Assembly: GCA_964647565.1 (NCBI GenBank)
Contig: CAZYIM010000002.1
Span: forward strand, 32,001-96,000
Direction of reading: 5' to 3'
Source of the DNA: an uncultured Methanosarcinales archaeon
GTDB lineage: Archaea; Nanobdellota; Nanobdellia; Woesearchaeales; CAZYIM01
Length of the DNA stretch: 64,000 nucleotides
In this document: positions 36,659 to 45,738 of the stretch, in pieces
Position numbering within the stretch: position 1 is the first letter of the stretch
Layout of the letters: each line of letters opens with the position of its first letter
Program-made: the position numbers and the translations under genes
The notes under the pieces: generated by a model
What the model was told of the DNA's origin: nothing
The model's input: the letters and a program-made list of their open reading frames with translations, nothing else
Database searches by the model: none

Positions 36659-37039
36659 ATGAGCAGTGGAAAAGGGATTCCTGCTGGCTGGCTGGGTATT
36701 ACTGAGCTGATAAAGGAAAGGCTTGAAAATGAGAATCGGATCAGGAATAAAGGCGGCAATAAGTTTCTGCAGCTAGAGGCCCGGTTGACTGACCAGGCGT
36801 CTGGTAAGCTGATGGAGGACATTGTCATCTACGCGATTAGGACCATAAAGGATAAGTCTGAAGCAGAGGATTTCCTAAATGGCTATATAGAGAATATCAA
36901 GAGCCATCCAGCCAAGTATGATTTGAAGCAGGATGCTATGGATTATGCAAAGAATGACATCTATCTTGCCCTGAACATGCATTTTGCCTCCAAACAGACG
37001 CACAGGCTTTGGAATGATGTGCTTGGTGGGCCCAGGTGA
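36659..37039 (+). CDS. Hypothetical protein (126 aa)
   Basis: ORF after TTTATAT; ends 3 nt before the JAB gene. Confidence 0.65.
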   Translation: MSSGKGIPAGWLGITELIKERLENENRIRNKGGNKFLQLEARLTDQASGKLMEDIVIYAIRTIKDKSEAEDFLNGYIENIKSHPAKYDLKQDAMDYAKNDIYLALNMHFASKQTHRLWNDVLGGPR

Positions 37040-37042
37040 TCT

Positions 37043-37501
37043 ATGATAGAAAAGATCATTCTTAGACAATGTTATGCTCATGGCATCGATACGTATCCTG
37101 AGGAGGCGTGCGGATTGATCAGCGGGCCGGCTGATCAGCAGGAGCTGTTGTCAAAAGTACATCGCATGCGTAATGTGCTGGATGAATTCCACGCAGAGAT
37201 TCCTGTACAGTTCCCCCGAACCAATCTCACTGGATATATCATTGATCCAATGGAACACAGGGATCTGGAGAACCAGCTTAAAACGCAAAACCAAAGCATA
37301 AAGATCATTTATCACAATCATGTAGATAAGCATGCCTATTTCTCAGAAACTGACATAAAGTATGCCCTTTGGCATGGTGAACCAACCCAGCCAGGCGTCC
37401 ACTATCTGGTCTGCAGTATCAGGAATATGATGCCTGCTGGTGCTGTTTTAGCCATGTTCAATTCAGTTTCAGAGGTTTTTGATGTTGTAAAGATTGAATG
37501 A
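37043..37501 (+). CDS. JAB/MPN+ (Mov34, M67) metallopeptidase
   Basis: YPEEACGLI and IYHNHVD...FSETD (E...HxH...SxxD). Confidence 0.88.
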   Translation: MIEKIILRQCYAHGIDTYPEEACGLISGPADQQELLSKVHRMRNVLDEFHAEIPVQFPRTNLTGYIIDPMEHRDLENQLKTQNQSIKIIYHNHVDKHAYFSETDIKYALWHGEPTQPGVHYLVCSIRNMMPAGAVLAMFNSVSEVFDVVKIE

Positions 37502-37656
37502 TTGGTGGCCTAAAGAAAAATATTTAGATTTTCGGAGATCTTCTGATTTTTTTGGGTAAACACTTATTAAGATATTTTCTCAAATGTTGATGGTGGTAAG
37601 ATAGAATAAGAATCTTTATATATAAGCTGTTATATACAGACTATAGGTGATATATA

Positions 37657-37881
37657 ATGGCATCAACAACAATCCAGCTTGAGAAATCGCTTGTCGATTC
37701 GCTAAAAGAGATTCGACAATATCCTAGGCAGACATATAACGAACTTATTGAACAGATGATTAAAGTGTTTAAGGCTGTAAAGGAAAGAAACCAGTACGAT
37801 GAATTCCTGCATAAGGTGCAGAGCGCAAAGATGAAGGAATTATGGGATAACAAGGAAGATGAGGTTTGGGATGACGCTTAA
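37657..37881 (+). CDS. Putative antitoxin (RHH-like)
   Basis: TTIQL...TYNELI and acidic tail LWDNKEDEVWD; overlaps the toxin gene. Confidence 0.75.
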   Translation: MASTTIQLEKSLVDSLKEIRQYPRQTYNELIEQMIKVFKAVKERNQYDEFLHKVQSAKMKELWDNKEDEVWDDA

Positions 37882-38185
37882 ATCTGGTGATGTAGTACTG
37901 GCCAGGGTCCAATTCACAGACACTTTCGAGATCAAGAAGAGACCTGTCCTCATATTGTTTGAGGAATTTGATAATGTAGTTGTTGCAGGTATTACTAGCA
38001 ATCTGGGCATGAAGGGAATTCGGTTGACTAAAAAAGAGGGTGCGCTCAAAGATAGTGTTATTAAACTGAACTATATATTCACTGTTTCGAGTGTTATGAT
38101 CGAGAAGAAATTGTTCTCATTATCTCCAGAAAAAAGAAATATTGTTTATAAAGGTTTGAGGACTAAGATTGATGGCCTGAAATAA
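37871..38185 (+). CDS. PemK/MazF-family toxin
   Basis: GDVVLARVQFTD...KKRPVLIL...VVAGITSN...LKDSVIK. Confidence 0.85.
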   Translation: MTLKSGDVVLARVQFTDTFEIKKRPVLILFEEFDNVVVAGITSNLGMKGIRLTKKEGALKDSVIKLNYIFTVSSVMIEKKLFSLSPEKRNIVYKGLRTKIDGLK

Positions 38186-38193
38186 AGAAAAAG

Positions 38194-38622
38194 TTATTTT
38201 GCTTGGCCTACTATGAACGGATCTGTGTTTAGTTCTTTTACACTGAACAGTGGTTTGTGATTGTAAGCGTTGTAGAAATCCATTCTCCATCCATATGCTG
38301 AGGGTTGGATGTGGGAGATGAGAAGACCGCCTGGTGTGACTCCCTGGTTTTCAATATGGATGAGATATGCCCTTGAATTAAGGAATATGTCGCTTACTGG
38401 TTCATTTTTTTGTTTTTTTTGAAGTTGGGCCTTTCCTCTGGCCGCATAATCTGCAAGCTCGTTATAGACAAGGTTGCTCTCGTTGATTTTCTTGATAGTC
38501 TTTTCAAGAACATCCAAAGGATAATTTTTTTGATGGACTTCAATTTTAAACTTCCATTTTGGAAAGTTTTCTTTTATGATCAATGTTAGTTCATCTTTCA
38601 TTCGTTGTTTTCTTGTGCACAT
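38194..38622 (-). CDS. Hypothetical protein (142 aa)
   Basis: ORF with an AGGCGG RBS-like site, directly downstream of 38634..39212. Confidence 0.6.
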   Translation of the reverse strand: MCTRKQRMKDELTLIIKENFPKWKFKIEVHQKNYPLDVLEKTIKKINESNLVYNELADYAARGKAQLQKKQKNEPVSDIFLNSRAYLIHIENQGVTPGGLLISHIQPSAYGWRMDFYNAYNHKPLFSVKELNTDPFIVGQAK

Positions 38623-38633
38623 ATTTACCGCCT

Positions 38634-39212
38634 TTATTGTTTACTTCTTTTCATCAATTGTTTGTGATTTTGACTGATATATTGGTTGATCGGGTCGAAG
38701 ATTACATCCAAAGGGACTGTTTTTGGATCTATATTCCTTCTTTGTAACCTTGTTGTAAGGTAATCTAAATAGTCCTGGCCATGAGACTTGCCTGCCAGTG
38801 CAGTGCGCCACACGCTGTCTCTTGAACTTGTTGCCTTTACACTCCAAAGACGTTTTTTCCAAAATTTATTCTCGTCAATGTTCAAACTTAACTTTAAATC
38901 CTTATTTTTATAATGTAATGATTTTATTGGTTTTAAAAGATATTTAGTCAGGCTTGCATCCCCGTATACCTGATCCCCATACCATATGTCAAAGTCAAAT
39001 ACTCTGGCAATGTAAAGAACTTTTTGATTACCTTCAGTTGTGTAGTGATCGTAACGTTGATTGCTGAAATATCGTTGCTTGTTAACAGTTGCGCGTCGAT
39101 CGAATAATTTGTGGCCTTCATCCTTTAGTTCGAGGGATGGACTGGGTGTTTTCTTTGGAATGCGTCTGGGTTTCCTTCCAGATGTATCGTTAAATATTAT
39201 TGTTGATTTGAT
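38634..39212 (-). CDS. Hypothetical protein (~192 aa); probable ATC start
   Basis: The frame stays open for 109 codons upstream of the TTG at 38885 with no ATG/GTG/TTG. GAGGA lies 6 nt before ATC at 39212, and there is an in-frame TGA at 39222-39224. Confidence 0.55.
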   Translation of the reverse strand: MKSTIIFNDTSGRKPRRIPKKTPSPSLELKDEGHKLFDRRATVNKQRYFSNQRYDHYTTEGNQKVLYIARVFDFDIWYGDQVYGDASLTKYLLKPIKSLHYKNKDLKLSLNIDENKFWKKRLWSVKATSSRDSVWRTALAGKSHGQDYLDYLTTRLQRRNIDPKTVPLDVIFDPINQYISQNHKQLMKRSKQ

Positions 39213-39477
39213 TTTAGTTCCTCAGTAACTTTTTTTGAGGAAGAGTTGATCGGATTCTTGCCAGACAAAAATCCGATCCGTTTTTTCCTCATTTTCTCGG
39301 GCGAGAAATTATGAATGTGATATCAAGAAAGCCAGATCGGATCCTGGTTTCCTTGGATATCCGATCTGTTTTCTTCTCAGTCGATATTTTGATGTTAACT
39401 ACTTATATGTAAGTACTTGTTGATATTTAAAAGTTTGTACCGAAAACTTTAAATATTATTATAAATATAAACATATT

Positions 39478-40443
39478 ATGGATAAAATTCAGAAACTTGA
39501 TAAGAAAAATCAGAAGCTGTTATTGGGGCTCTTTAAGTCTGGCAGGGCGTCGTTTAGAGAGCTCGGCAGGAAGATTGGTGTCTCGACAGAGATGGCTCGC
39601 TATCGTCTTGAACGCCTGGAAAAAAACTGTGTGTTAAGAAGGGTGACGCCGTTAATAGATTTTGCATGCCTTGGCTTTGTTACTTATCGATTGCAGCTGC
39701 AGTTTGGAACGTGTACAAAAGAGGAGAAAGAGGATTTTTTTAGGACAGCCTCTGGAATAAAGCAGTTCAGATGGGTGGTGAGGTTGACTGGCAATTGGGA
39801 CATGCTGATGTATTTTCTTGTAAAGGACCATACGGAGTTCTCAAAAATTTATGATGTGTTGATGCATAAGCATGGACGTATTGTGAAGGACAGGATAATA
39901 AGCACAACCACCCGGCTCTATCATCTAGCTCCAGAATATATACGCAGTAATAAGGCTGCTGAAAGACGTCTATATATAACACATCAAAATTTTGATAAGG
40001 TTGAAATAGATGGGCTTGACGTAAAGATCATAAATGCTCTGCTAAAAGATGGCAGGGTTTCGTTATCAGATATGGCTAGTACTCTTAAGATGCCTTTTTC
40101 TACAATAAGGCGAAGATTTGAAATCCTGAAGACAAAAGGTATAATCGTTGGCTTTGTTCCTATGATAGAGAATGAAACGATTGGATATCATCATTTTAAG
40201 ATCATGATACGGCTTGCGAATTATGATGATAAGAATAAGTTGCTTACAAGATTGTCACAGCATCCTAACGTTACCTATATATTTGAGTCCATGGGGAAAT
40301 ATGACCTTGAGTTTGATGCAAATTTTAGGTCGGAGTTTATGGTGCAGAAATTTGTTAGGGAGCTTTCAGATGAGATTGCTGTCAGTGAGTTTGATGTCCT
40401 ATACTTTGAAGAAGAGAAAGTTGTTAATGAGCCTCCATTCTAG
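39478..40443 (+). CDS. Tandem (duplicated) Lrp/AsnC-family transcription regulator
   Basis: Two HTH plus RAM-like units (LDKKNQKLL...GRASFRELG...; IDGLDVKII...DGRVSLSDMA...GKYDL). Confidence 0.88.
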   Translation: MDKIQKLDKKNQKLLLGLFKSGRASFRELGRKIGVSTEMARYRLERLEKNCVLRRVTPLIDFACLGFVTYRLQLQFGTCTKEEKEDFFRTASGIKQFRWVVRLTGNWDMLMYFLVKDHTEFSKIYDVLMHKHGRIVKDRIISTTTRLYHLAPEYIRSNKAAERRLYITHQNFDKVEIDGLDVKIINALLKDGRVSLSDMASTLKMPFSTIRRRFEILKTKGIIVGFVPMIENETIGYHHFKIMIRLANYDDKNKLLTRLSQHPNVTYIFESMGKYDLEFDANFRSEFMVQKFVRELSDEIAVSEFDVLYFEEEKVVNEPPF

Positions 40444-40465
40444 GAGATTCTTCAGATGCATATTG

Positions 40466-40981
40466 TTAATCAATTATTTCGTTAATCTTTGCAATAAACT
40501 TTTTTGCTTTTTCGTATATTTCTTCAACTCTTCTTTGCGTGTATATTTTTGTGGCACTGTATCTGCTCACTGAGCTTTCAGTTCTTGCTTCCTTGAAGTA
40601 GTCTATGTAATCATCTTCAAATATCTTGTGAGCTTGGTCTAGAAGCTCTAAGTCTTCTTTTTCAATCTCATCTGGCACAAGAAGATGGCTGAGAGCGATT
40701 TGTGTTGAGTAGTGATCATCTGTTTCATATCCTTTTGTTAGAATTATAGCTTTTGCTAGATATAACATGGAGTAATAGCAGATAGTGATGGTCCAGTAAT
40801 CCCTTGCAGGCTCATCAGATTCTTTGATGGATCTTGCCAGATCAAAACTATCATTTCCTTTTTTTACAAACTTTTTTATCTTAAAGCTGGCGTTGCTTTC
40901 TCTTATGAAAAACTTGTGTGCTTCTGACTCTTTCAAGAGTTTATTAAATTCTTTTTCATATGTTTCTTTGTTAAATTCCAT
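40466..40981 (-). CDS. HEPN-domain protein (toxin of a HEPN-MNT pair)
   Basis: WTITICYYSMLYLAKA...KGY..DH; overlaps the MNT gene. Confidence 0.8.
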   Translation of the reverse strand: MEFNKETYEKEFNKLLKESEAHKFFIRESNASFKIKKFVKKGNDSFDLARSIKESDEPARDYWTITICYYSMLYLAKAIILTKGYETDDHYSTQIALSHLLVPDEIEKEDLELLDQAHKIFEDDYIDYFKEARTESSVSRYSATKIYTQRRVEEIYEKAKKFIAKINEIID

Positions 40982-41555
40982 TTTTATTCTTCCAGATAAT
41001 GTTCCAGAAATATTCTTCTCCGTGCAGTATTATATGTTTTTTTAGTATTTCATTTGTAAGATTATGTTCTTCTTCATTTAACATGGCTTTGAATTCTTTT
41101 CTTGAAAAGAATAAGGGATTTACTTTTACATCATATAGGTGCTCGAATTGTGAAAAATTAATATTGTTTTTTCCATCTTTATTTACGGCGCAGATATCAA
41201 CATCACTTTTCTTCCTGTGTGTTTCATTTGCTCTTGATCCAAAAATTATTAAAGTATATTCTCCCTCAGGTAAATTCTTTTTAATTAACTTGAATTCAGG
41301 GTATTTTGTTAAGAAGGAATCTGTCATTTTCCGTTCAGCTAGGATGAGATAGTTTTTTGTGATGTTATCATCCTTCTTTAATGATACAAGCTTGATGTTT
41401 CCTTTCTGATTGATTCTGAATAATTCCTTATTTGCTTCGATAAGTCTGTGTGTTGTAGTATTTGGTACACTTGATTCTATTGAAAGCTGTCTGATTGGTA
41501 TATCATCATTCATGTGTTTTCCTAAAAAATATATTAATCTAAAAAGATTTCCCAT
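40971..41555 (-). CDS. wHTH plus minimal nucleotidyltransferase (MNT antitoxin)
   Basis: IIFGSRA......SDVDI motif; IILHGEEYF. Confidence 0.85.
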   Translation of the reverse strand: MGNLFRLIYFLGKHMNDDIPIRQLSIESSVPNTTTHRLIEANKELFRINQKGNIKLVSLKKDDNITKNYLILAERKMTDSFLTKYPEFKLIKKNLPEGEYTLIIFGSRANETHRKKSDVDICAVNKDGKNNINFSQFEHLYDVKVNPLFFSRKEFKAMLNEEEHNLTNEILKKHIILHGEEYFWNIIWKNKNGI

Positions 41556-41625
41556 TTTTGGTAAATATTTACCATATTTAGTATTTAAGTTTTTCGGTTT
41601 TGTGGTAAAATAGAGACGAATGATC

Positions 41626-42237
41626 TTATCTGAATAGGTTGGCGATAAGATTGTAGATTTTCTTTAATGGGATCTCTGCCTGTGTCTGATAGTACAGTCT
41701 TCTTCCAAATAGGAGGCTATTTTTTGAGGTCAGGCCAACATTGAGATTAGCGAAGCTGGTGTTGTAACCTATCTTGCCGCCGATGTTGCCCAGGTATTCG
41801 GTATTCATGCTTGCAGAGCCGCTCAGGCTGAACTTTTTTAGGAACGTGGTGCTTAAAGCAGTTGAGAGATTATTCATTTGCTGATCTAAATCTGCTTGGT
41901 TCCTTGCAATGCCTGAGGTAAGCTTATAAGGTTGGAATGTTACACTTGCATTTACTTTGCCAATACTTTTATTGTATTTGAGCTTAAAAGCAGTGTAGCT
42001 GTTGGCCTTTCGAAGTGTGTTTTCTTCTCCGAGATAACTTGCCTTGTTCATATCAAGATTATCTGTTCCTGCCTCTGCAACTATTTCCAATGCTCCGATT
42101 CTAGCTGCCCGATAGCTTAGATAAGTCTTTTGACCAACAGTTGTGCCTGAACTCTTGTTGAGCTTAAGCTTGGTCTGTGCAAAACTAGATGTTGTCAATA
42201 AGATTGCTAACATAGTGATAAATCTTTTTCCTTTCAT
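41626..42237 (-). CDS. Secreted beta-strand-rich hypothetical protein
   Basis: Signal peptide ending TSSFA|Q; alternating amphipathic strands. Confidence 0.65.
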   Translation of the reverse strand: MKGKRFITMLAILLTTSSFAQTKLKLNKSSGTTVGQKTYLSYRAARIGALEIVAEAGTDNLDMNKASYLGEENTLRKANSYTAFKLKYNKSIGKVNASVTFQPYKLTSGIARNQADLDQQMNNLSTALSTTFLKKFSLSGSASMNTEYLGNIGGKIGYNTSFANLNVGLTSKNSLLFGRRLYYQTQAEIPLKKIYNLIANLFR

Positions 42238-42332
42238 TAGACCTGGGGAGTGAGAATTCTTATTTATTCTTTTTGGTGTTTTCGCAGTAAGATTTATATA
42301 GTTTATTCCTTTTTTTTCTTATGGGTGGTTTG

Positions 42333-42938
42333 ATGATTGTGACTATTTCAGGATTGGCTGGTTCTGGTAAGAACAAGCTGGGTGATTTTCTATCAGAGGA
42401 GTTTGAGAAGCATACAGGCCATAAGCATGAGCGGTTTTCGGCAGGTGATTTTAGGAGGGCGCTTGCTGACAAACATGGCATGTCCATTATTGAATTGAAC
42501 AAGATCGGCGAGACAGAGTCTTGGACTGATCTTGAAGCTGACATGATGCAGATGGAGTATGCCAAGAAGTACGAGCACATGGTTGTTGATGGTAGGCTTA
42601 GCTTTTATTTCATGAAGAAGGCGATTGACCAGTTTGGTCTTGACAGGCAGTTGTTGAACATATATATAGATGTCTCTGATGAAGAGGCTGCCAACAGGAT
42701 ATGGAAAGATATCTCAATTAAGGGTGCCAACAGAAATGAGGGTGAGTTCGGCTCTAAGGAAGAGGTGCTGAAGAGCATCAGGGAAAGGAAGCAGTCTGAC
42801 ATAGTGAGATATGGCACGCATTACCGCGGCCTTAATCCATACCAAAAACATCATTATCATTTCTATCTTGACTCATCTGATCTAAAAGAAGCTGCAGTAA
42901 AAGATGCTGTCCTTGAATACGTCAAGACGCATTTTTAG
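42333..42938 (+). CDS. cmk: Cytidylate kinase-like protein (copy 2)
   Basis: MIVTISGLAGSGKN, GDFRR, VVDGRL, RNEG; paralog of 33055..33645. Confidence 0.72.
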   Translation: MIVTISGLAGSGKNKLGDFLSEEFEKHTGHKHERFSAGDFRRALADKHGMSIIELNKIGETESWTDLEADMMQMEYAKKYEHMVVDGRLSFYFMKKAIDQFGLDRQLLNIYIDVSDEEAANRIWKDISIKGANRNEGEFGSKEEVLKSIRERKQSDIVRYGTHYRGLNPYQKHHYHFYLDSSDLKEAAVKDAVLEYVKTHF

Positions 42939-43091
42939 CAGTATCTGACTTTATGTTTGTCTTGGATCTACTGTCTTTTCTATTTGACCCTGGTTATCTT
43001 ATATTGTGGATGTTATCTTCTTTATAATCTTCACTCTTTTAAAGTAGTGTATTGGACAATATTTATATATCTTCTTCACTTTCCCTTTCAG

Positions 43092-43511
43092 ATGATAGAG
43101 CTTGAAAATGATGTCCGCACTTTTGTAGAGGAAAAAGGACTCCGGGATTTATATTCTGACTTAACTGAATGTTTTGACAAGTTCAGCAAAGAAAATGAAA
43201 ACTTTCCCTACAAACTTTGCAAGCCTGGCAGTATCTATGTTGCGAATGGCAGCAGATTCCTGGTCAGGATCTGGGGGGATGAATTCTATATACCTGATTA
43301 TTTCAAGAGCGGAAAACCCCTTAGACAGGTCCATTATTTCAACTACTATGAACCTCCTGATGCCATAATTGATATTGCAGTATCCCAATTTGATGTACAT
43401 TTTGAAGATATCAAGATACCCGAAGTATTGTTATTAGCAAGAGACCATTGGTTTGTCAAGAAACACTACAGTCTGAATAGGAAGAACCTGCTTCCTTCAG
43501 ATACATTTTAA
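43092..43511 (+). CDS. Hypothetical protein (possible Cys-His-Asp fold)
   Basis: ATG at 43092 after TTTATATA; LC...HYFNY...IIDIAVSQF. Confidence 0.55.
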   Translation: MIELENDVRTFVEEKGLRDLYSDLTECFDKFSKENENFPYKLCKPGSIYVANGSRFLVRIWGDEFYIPDYFKSGKPLRQVHYFNYYEPPDAIIDIAVSQFDVHFEDIKIPEVLLLARDHWFVKKHYSLNRKNLLPSDTF

Positions 43512-43535
43512 AATACATAACTATTTCTGATAAGA

Positions 43536-43844
43536 ATGGCTGACGAAAAAATTTTGGAGATTTCAGATGACAAGCTTGACAAATACTTTAAGATAACAGG
43601 CGAGGCCTTGGAGATGGCAAGAGCAGCCCCTAAAAGAAAAGACATGCCTGATGAGGCAGAAGATTTTCTGGACATGGCCAATAGATATTACGAGGATGCA
43701 GGACATTTCAGAGAAAAAGGTGATTATGTCAATGCCTTTGCAGCGCTCAACTATGCGCACGGCTGGCTGGATGCAGGTGCCAGGATAGGCTTGTTTGAGG
43801 TCAAGGACAGCAGGTTGTTCACTGTCGATGATGTCGATGACTAG
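43536..43844 (+). CDS. DUF357 family protein
   Basis: DMANRYYEDAGHFREKGDYVNAFAALNYAHGWLDAGARIG. Confidence 0.9.
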   Translation: MADEKILEISDDKLDKYFKITGEALEMARAAPKRKDMPDEAEDFLDMANRYYEDAGHFREKGDYVNAFAALNYAHGWLDAGARIGLFEVKDSRLFTVDDVDD

Positions 43845-44731
43845 AGATGCATCATAAGTGCTAAGTGAGTCAGGTCTGCGGCTTCTTCTACAATCTTTAG
43901 TGCCTGCATCGAGAATCTTGCGCTGGCTGCGTCAAGGTCTTGGATCTTAAGCTGCTTTTCCCTGAGTTTGCTTTTATACGTTATCAGCTCCCAGACCTTT
44001 TTTTGGTTGTTCTGGAAATAGACTTCAAAGGCAAGTTCCAATCCTTTTTGGGACAATAGAAAGAGTTCTTTTATCTGCTTGTCTCTTTTCACATCATATT
44101 TTACACTGGTCCTCCAGGCCCTGAAGATCTCATCGCCGATCTTTTCAAGTGCAAATGCATAGGCAAAAAGTATCTTGCCGCCTGTTGAGTCTGCATAGGC
44201 ATGCTTGACTATCGACCTTTCAAGAAAAAGCGCGAACTTGTTGATCTCCATGTCCCGCTCCCTTAACTTGTCCATGCTGGCCTTGTTCTCTCCGAATATG
44301 TCCTCGATTGCAGAGTCATAAAACCTGAGTATCATCTGGAAGACCTGCTTAAAGATGGTGTCAAGATTCTCGATTGATGTTCCGCTTATATCCCTTATTG
44401 TATATTTATCCCCTTTCTGCGAGATGACTGCATAGCCGATATTTGTATTGAGGTTCTTGTAGAGCTCGCCGTCAAATTCCAGCTTCATCTCATCAATGCC
44501 TTTTGCATATGCAGCGTTTACATAGGTGTAGGCCATCCGCCTGTGGAATCCCATCATGTTGAGTTTTGTTGAGTCTCCCTTGGCTCTTTTGCCTGACCTT
44601 AGTATCAGGTCTTTTTCATTGATCTCTACATCTATCTCATCGCCCGCCTTTAGGCTGGTCTCCCTTATCCATTGGATGGGCAGGGTTATGGTTATCGCTT
44701 GGTTTGCCTGTTTGATTAGTTTTCTTTTCAT
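43841..44731 (-). CDS. AbrB-domain PhoU-like regulator
   Basis: RKLIKQ...TITLPIQWI...LKAGDEI (AbrB); AAYAKGIDE; LEKIGDE PhoU-like helices. Confidence 0.8.
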   Translation of the reverse strand: MKRKLIKQANQAITITLPIQWIRETSLKAGDEIDVEINEKDLILRSGKRAKGDSTKLNMMGFHRRMAYTYVNAAYAKGIDEMKLEFDGELYKNLNTNIGYAVISQKGDKYTIRDISGTSIENLDTIFKQVFQMILRFYDSAIEDIFGENKASMDKLRERDMEINKFALFLERSIVKHAYADSTGGKILFAYAFALEKIGDEIFRAWRTSVKYDVKRDKQIKELFLLSQKGLELAFEVYFQNNQKKVWELITYKSKLREKQLKIQDLDAASARFSMQALKIVEEAADLTHLALMMHL

Positions 44732-44871
44732 TGGAAATCTCCAAGATTTACAATGTCCCAGAAATGCAGAAATTCTAATTGAATTTCTGAGGACATTTTT
44801 ACTCTCTATTGATATAATTTATATAAATTATATACGAAATATATAAATGTTTCCTTGACCAATGGTTAATT

Positions 44872-45693
44872 ATGAAAAAACACATCGATCTGCACATTCA
44901 TTCCATCTACTCAGATGGGGTTCATACGCCCAAAGCCCTGGTTGTTGAAGCCGCTACAATCGGATTGGATGCAATCGCCATATCAGACCATGATATAACA
45001 GATTCATGGCCCGAGCTAAAAGAAGAGGCAGATAAATGGGGCCTGAATGTGATGACAGGAGTTGAGATATCCACGCCAGACTACCACATTCTCGGCTATG
45101 GTTTTGATATTAAGAATACTGATTTACAGGATGCGCTATCTTTTTCAAGGGATATCCAGGAAGACACCTGCAAGAAGCGGATTGAGAAACTGGTTGGCAT
45201 TGGCATTCCGATAAGCTTTGATATGGTCAGAGGATATTTTCCAAAGTCCCGGCTCGGCAAGGGCAACCTGTTCATGACCATGCTTCGGGATCCTGGCTGC
45301 AGGTATTTTATCCATGAGCGGCAGGGCATGTATGATCCTGCAAAGATATTCCTGCATTACTTTGGCGATAATGCTGCGGCGTCGCATATTGACTATCTTG
45401 AAGAGTTGAGCCCTGAAGAGGCCATTGACTTGGTGCATGGCGCTGGTGGCAAGGCTTTCCTGGCGCATGCTTTTAAGGATGTCAAGGACATGTCAGAAAT
45501 GGATGTCCTGTTAGGTTATGGATTGGATGGTCTTGAAGTGCAGCCCAACTACAACGGCAACAACGGTCCTTTCAAGAAATATGCCAAGGACAATAACATA
45601 TTGGTCTCATATGGTTCTGATTTTCATGGTTTAAGATTAAGCCACAGGCCAATGCTGCTTCGAAAAGGCAATGCGATTGAGCCGTTCTGGTAG
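44872..45693 (+). CDS. PHP-domain phosphoesterase (TrpH-like)
   Basis: IDLHIHSIYSDG, AISDHD, GVEIS, HILGY, LAH, GSDFHG. Confidence 0.92.
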   Translation: MKKHIDLHIHSIYSDGVHTPKALVVEAATIGLDAIAISDHDITDSWPELKEEADKWGLNVMTGVEISTPDYHILGYGFDIKNTDLQDALSFSRDIQEDTCKKRIEKLVGIGIPISFDMVRGYFPKSRLGKGNLFMTMLRDPGCRYFIHERQGMYDPAKIFLHYFGDNAAASHIDYLEELSPEEAIDLVHGAGGKAFLAHAFKDVKDMSEMDVLLGYGLDGLEVQPNYNGNNGPFKKYAKDNNILVSYGSDFHGLRLSHRPMLLRKGNAIEPFW

Positions 45694-45738
45694 CTTCTGA
45701 TGATGTAAAATTAAGAACCAGATTTCTTTTAATGATAT

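Noticed and set aside
37043..37501. CBASS or ubiquitin-like defence system
   Set aside because: No CD-NTase, E1/E2 or Ubl motifs are recognisable near the JAB gene.
42957..43091. Hydrophobic N-terminal extension of ORF 42957..43511
   Set aside because: It spans a T-rich intergenic region containing the TATA box; ATG 43092 is more plausible.
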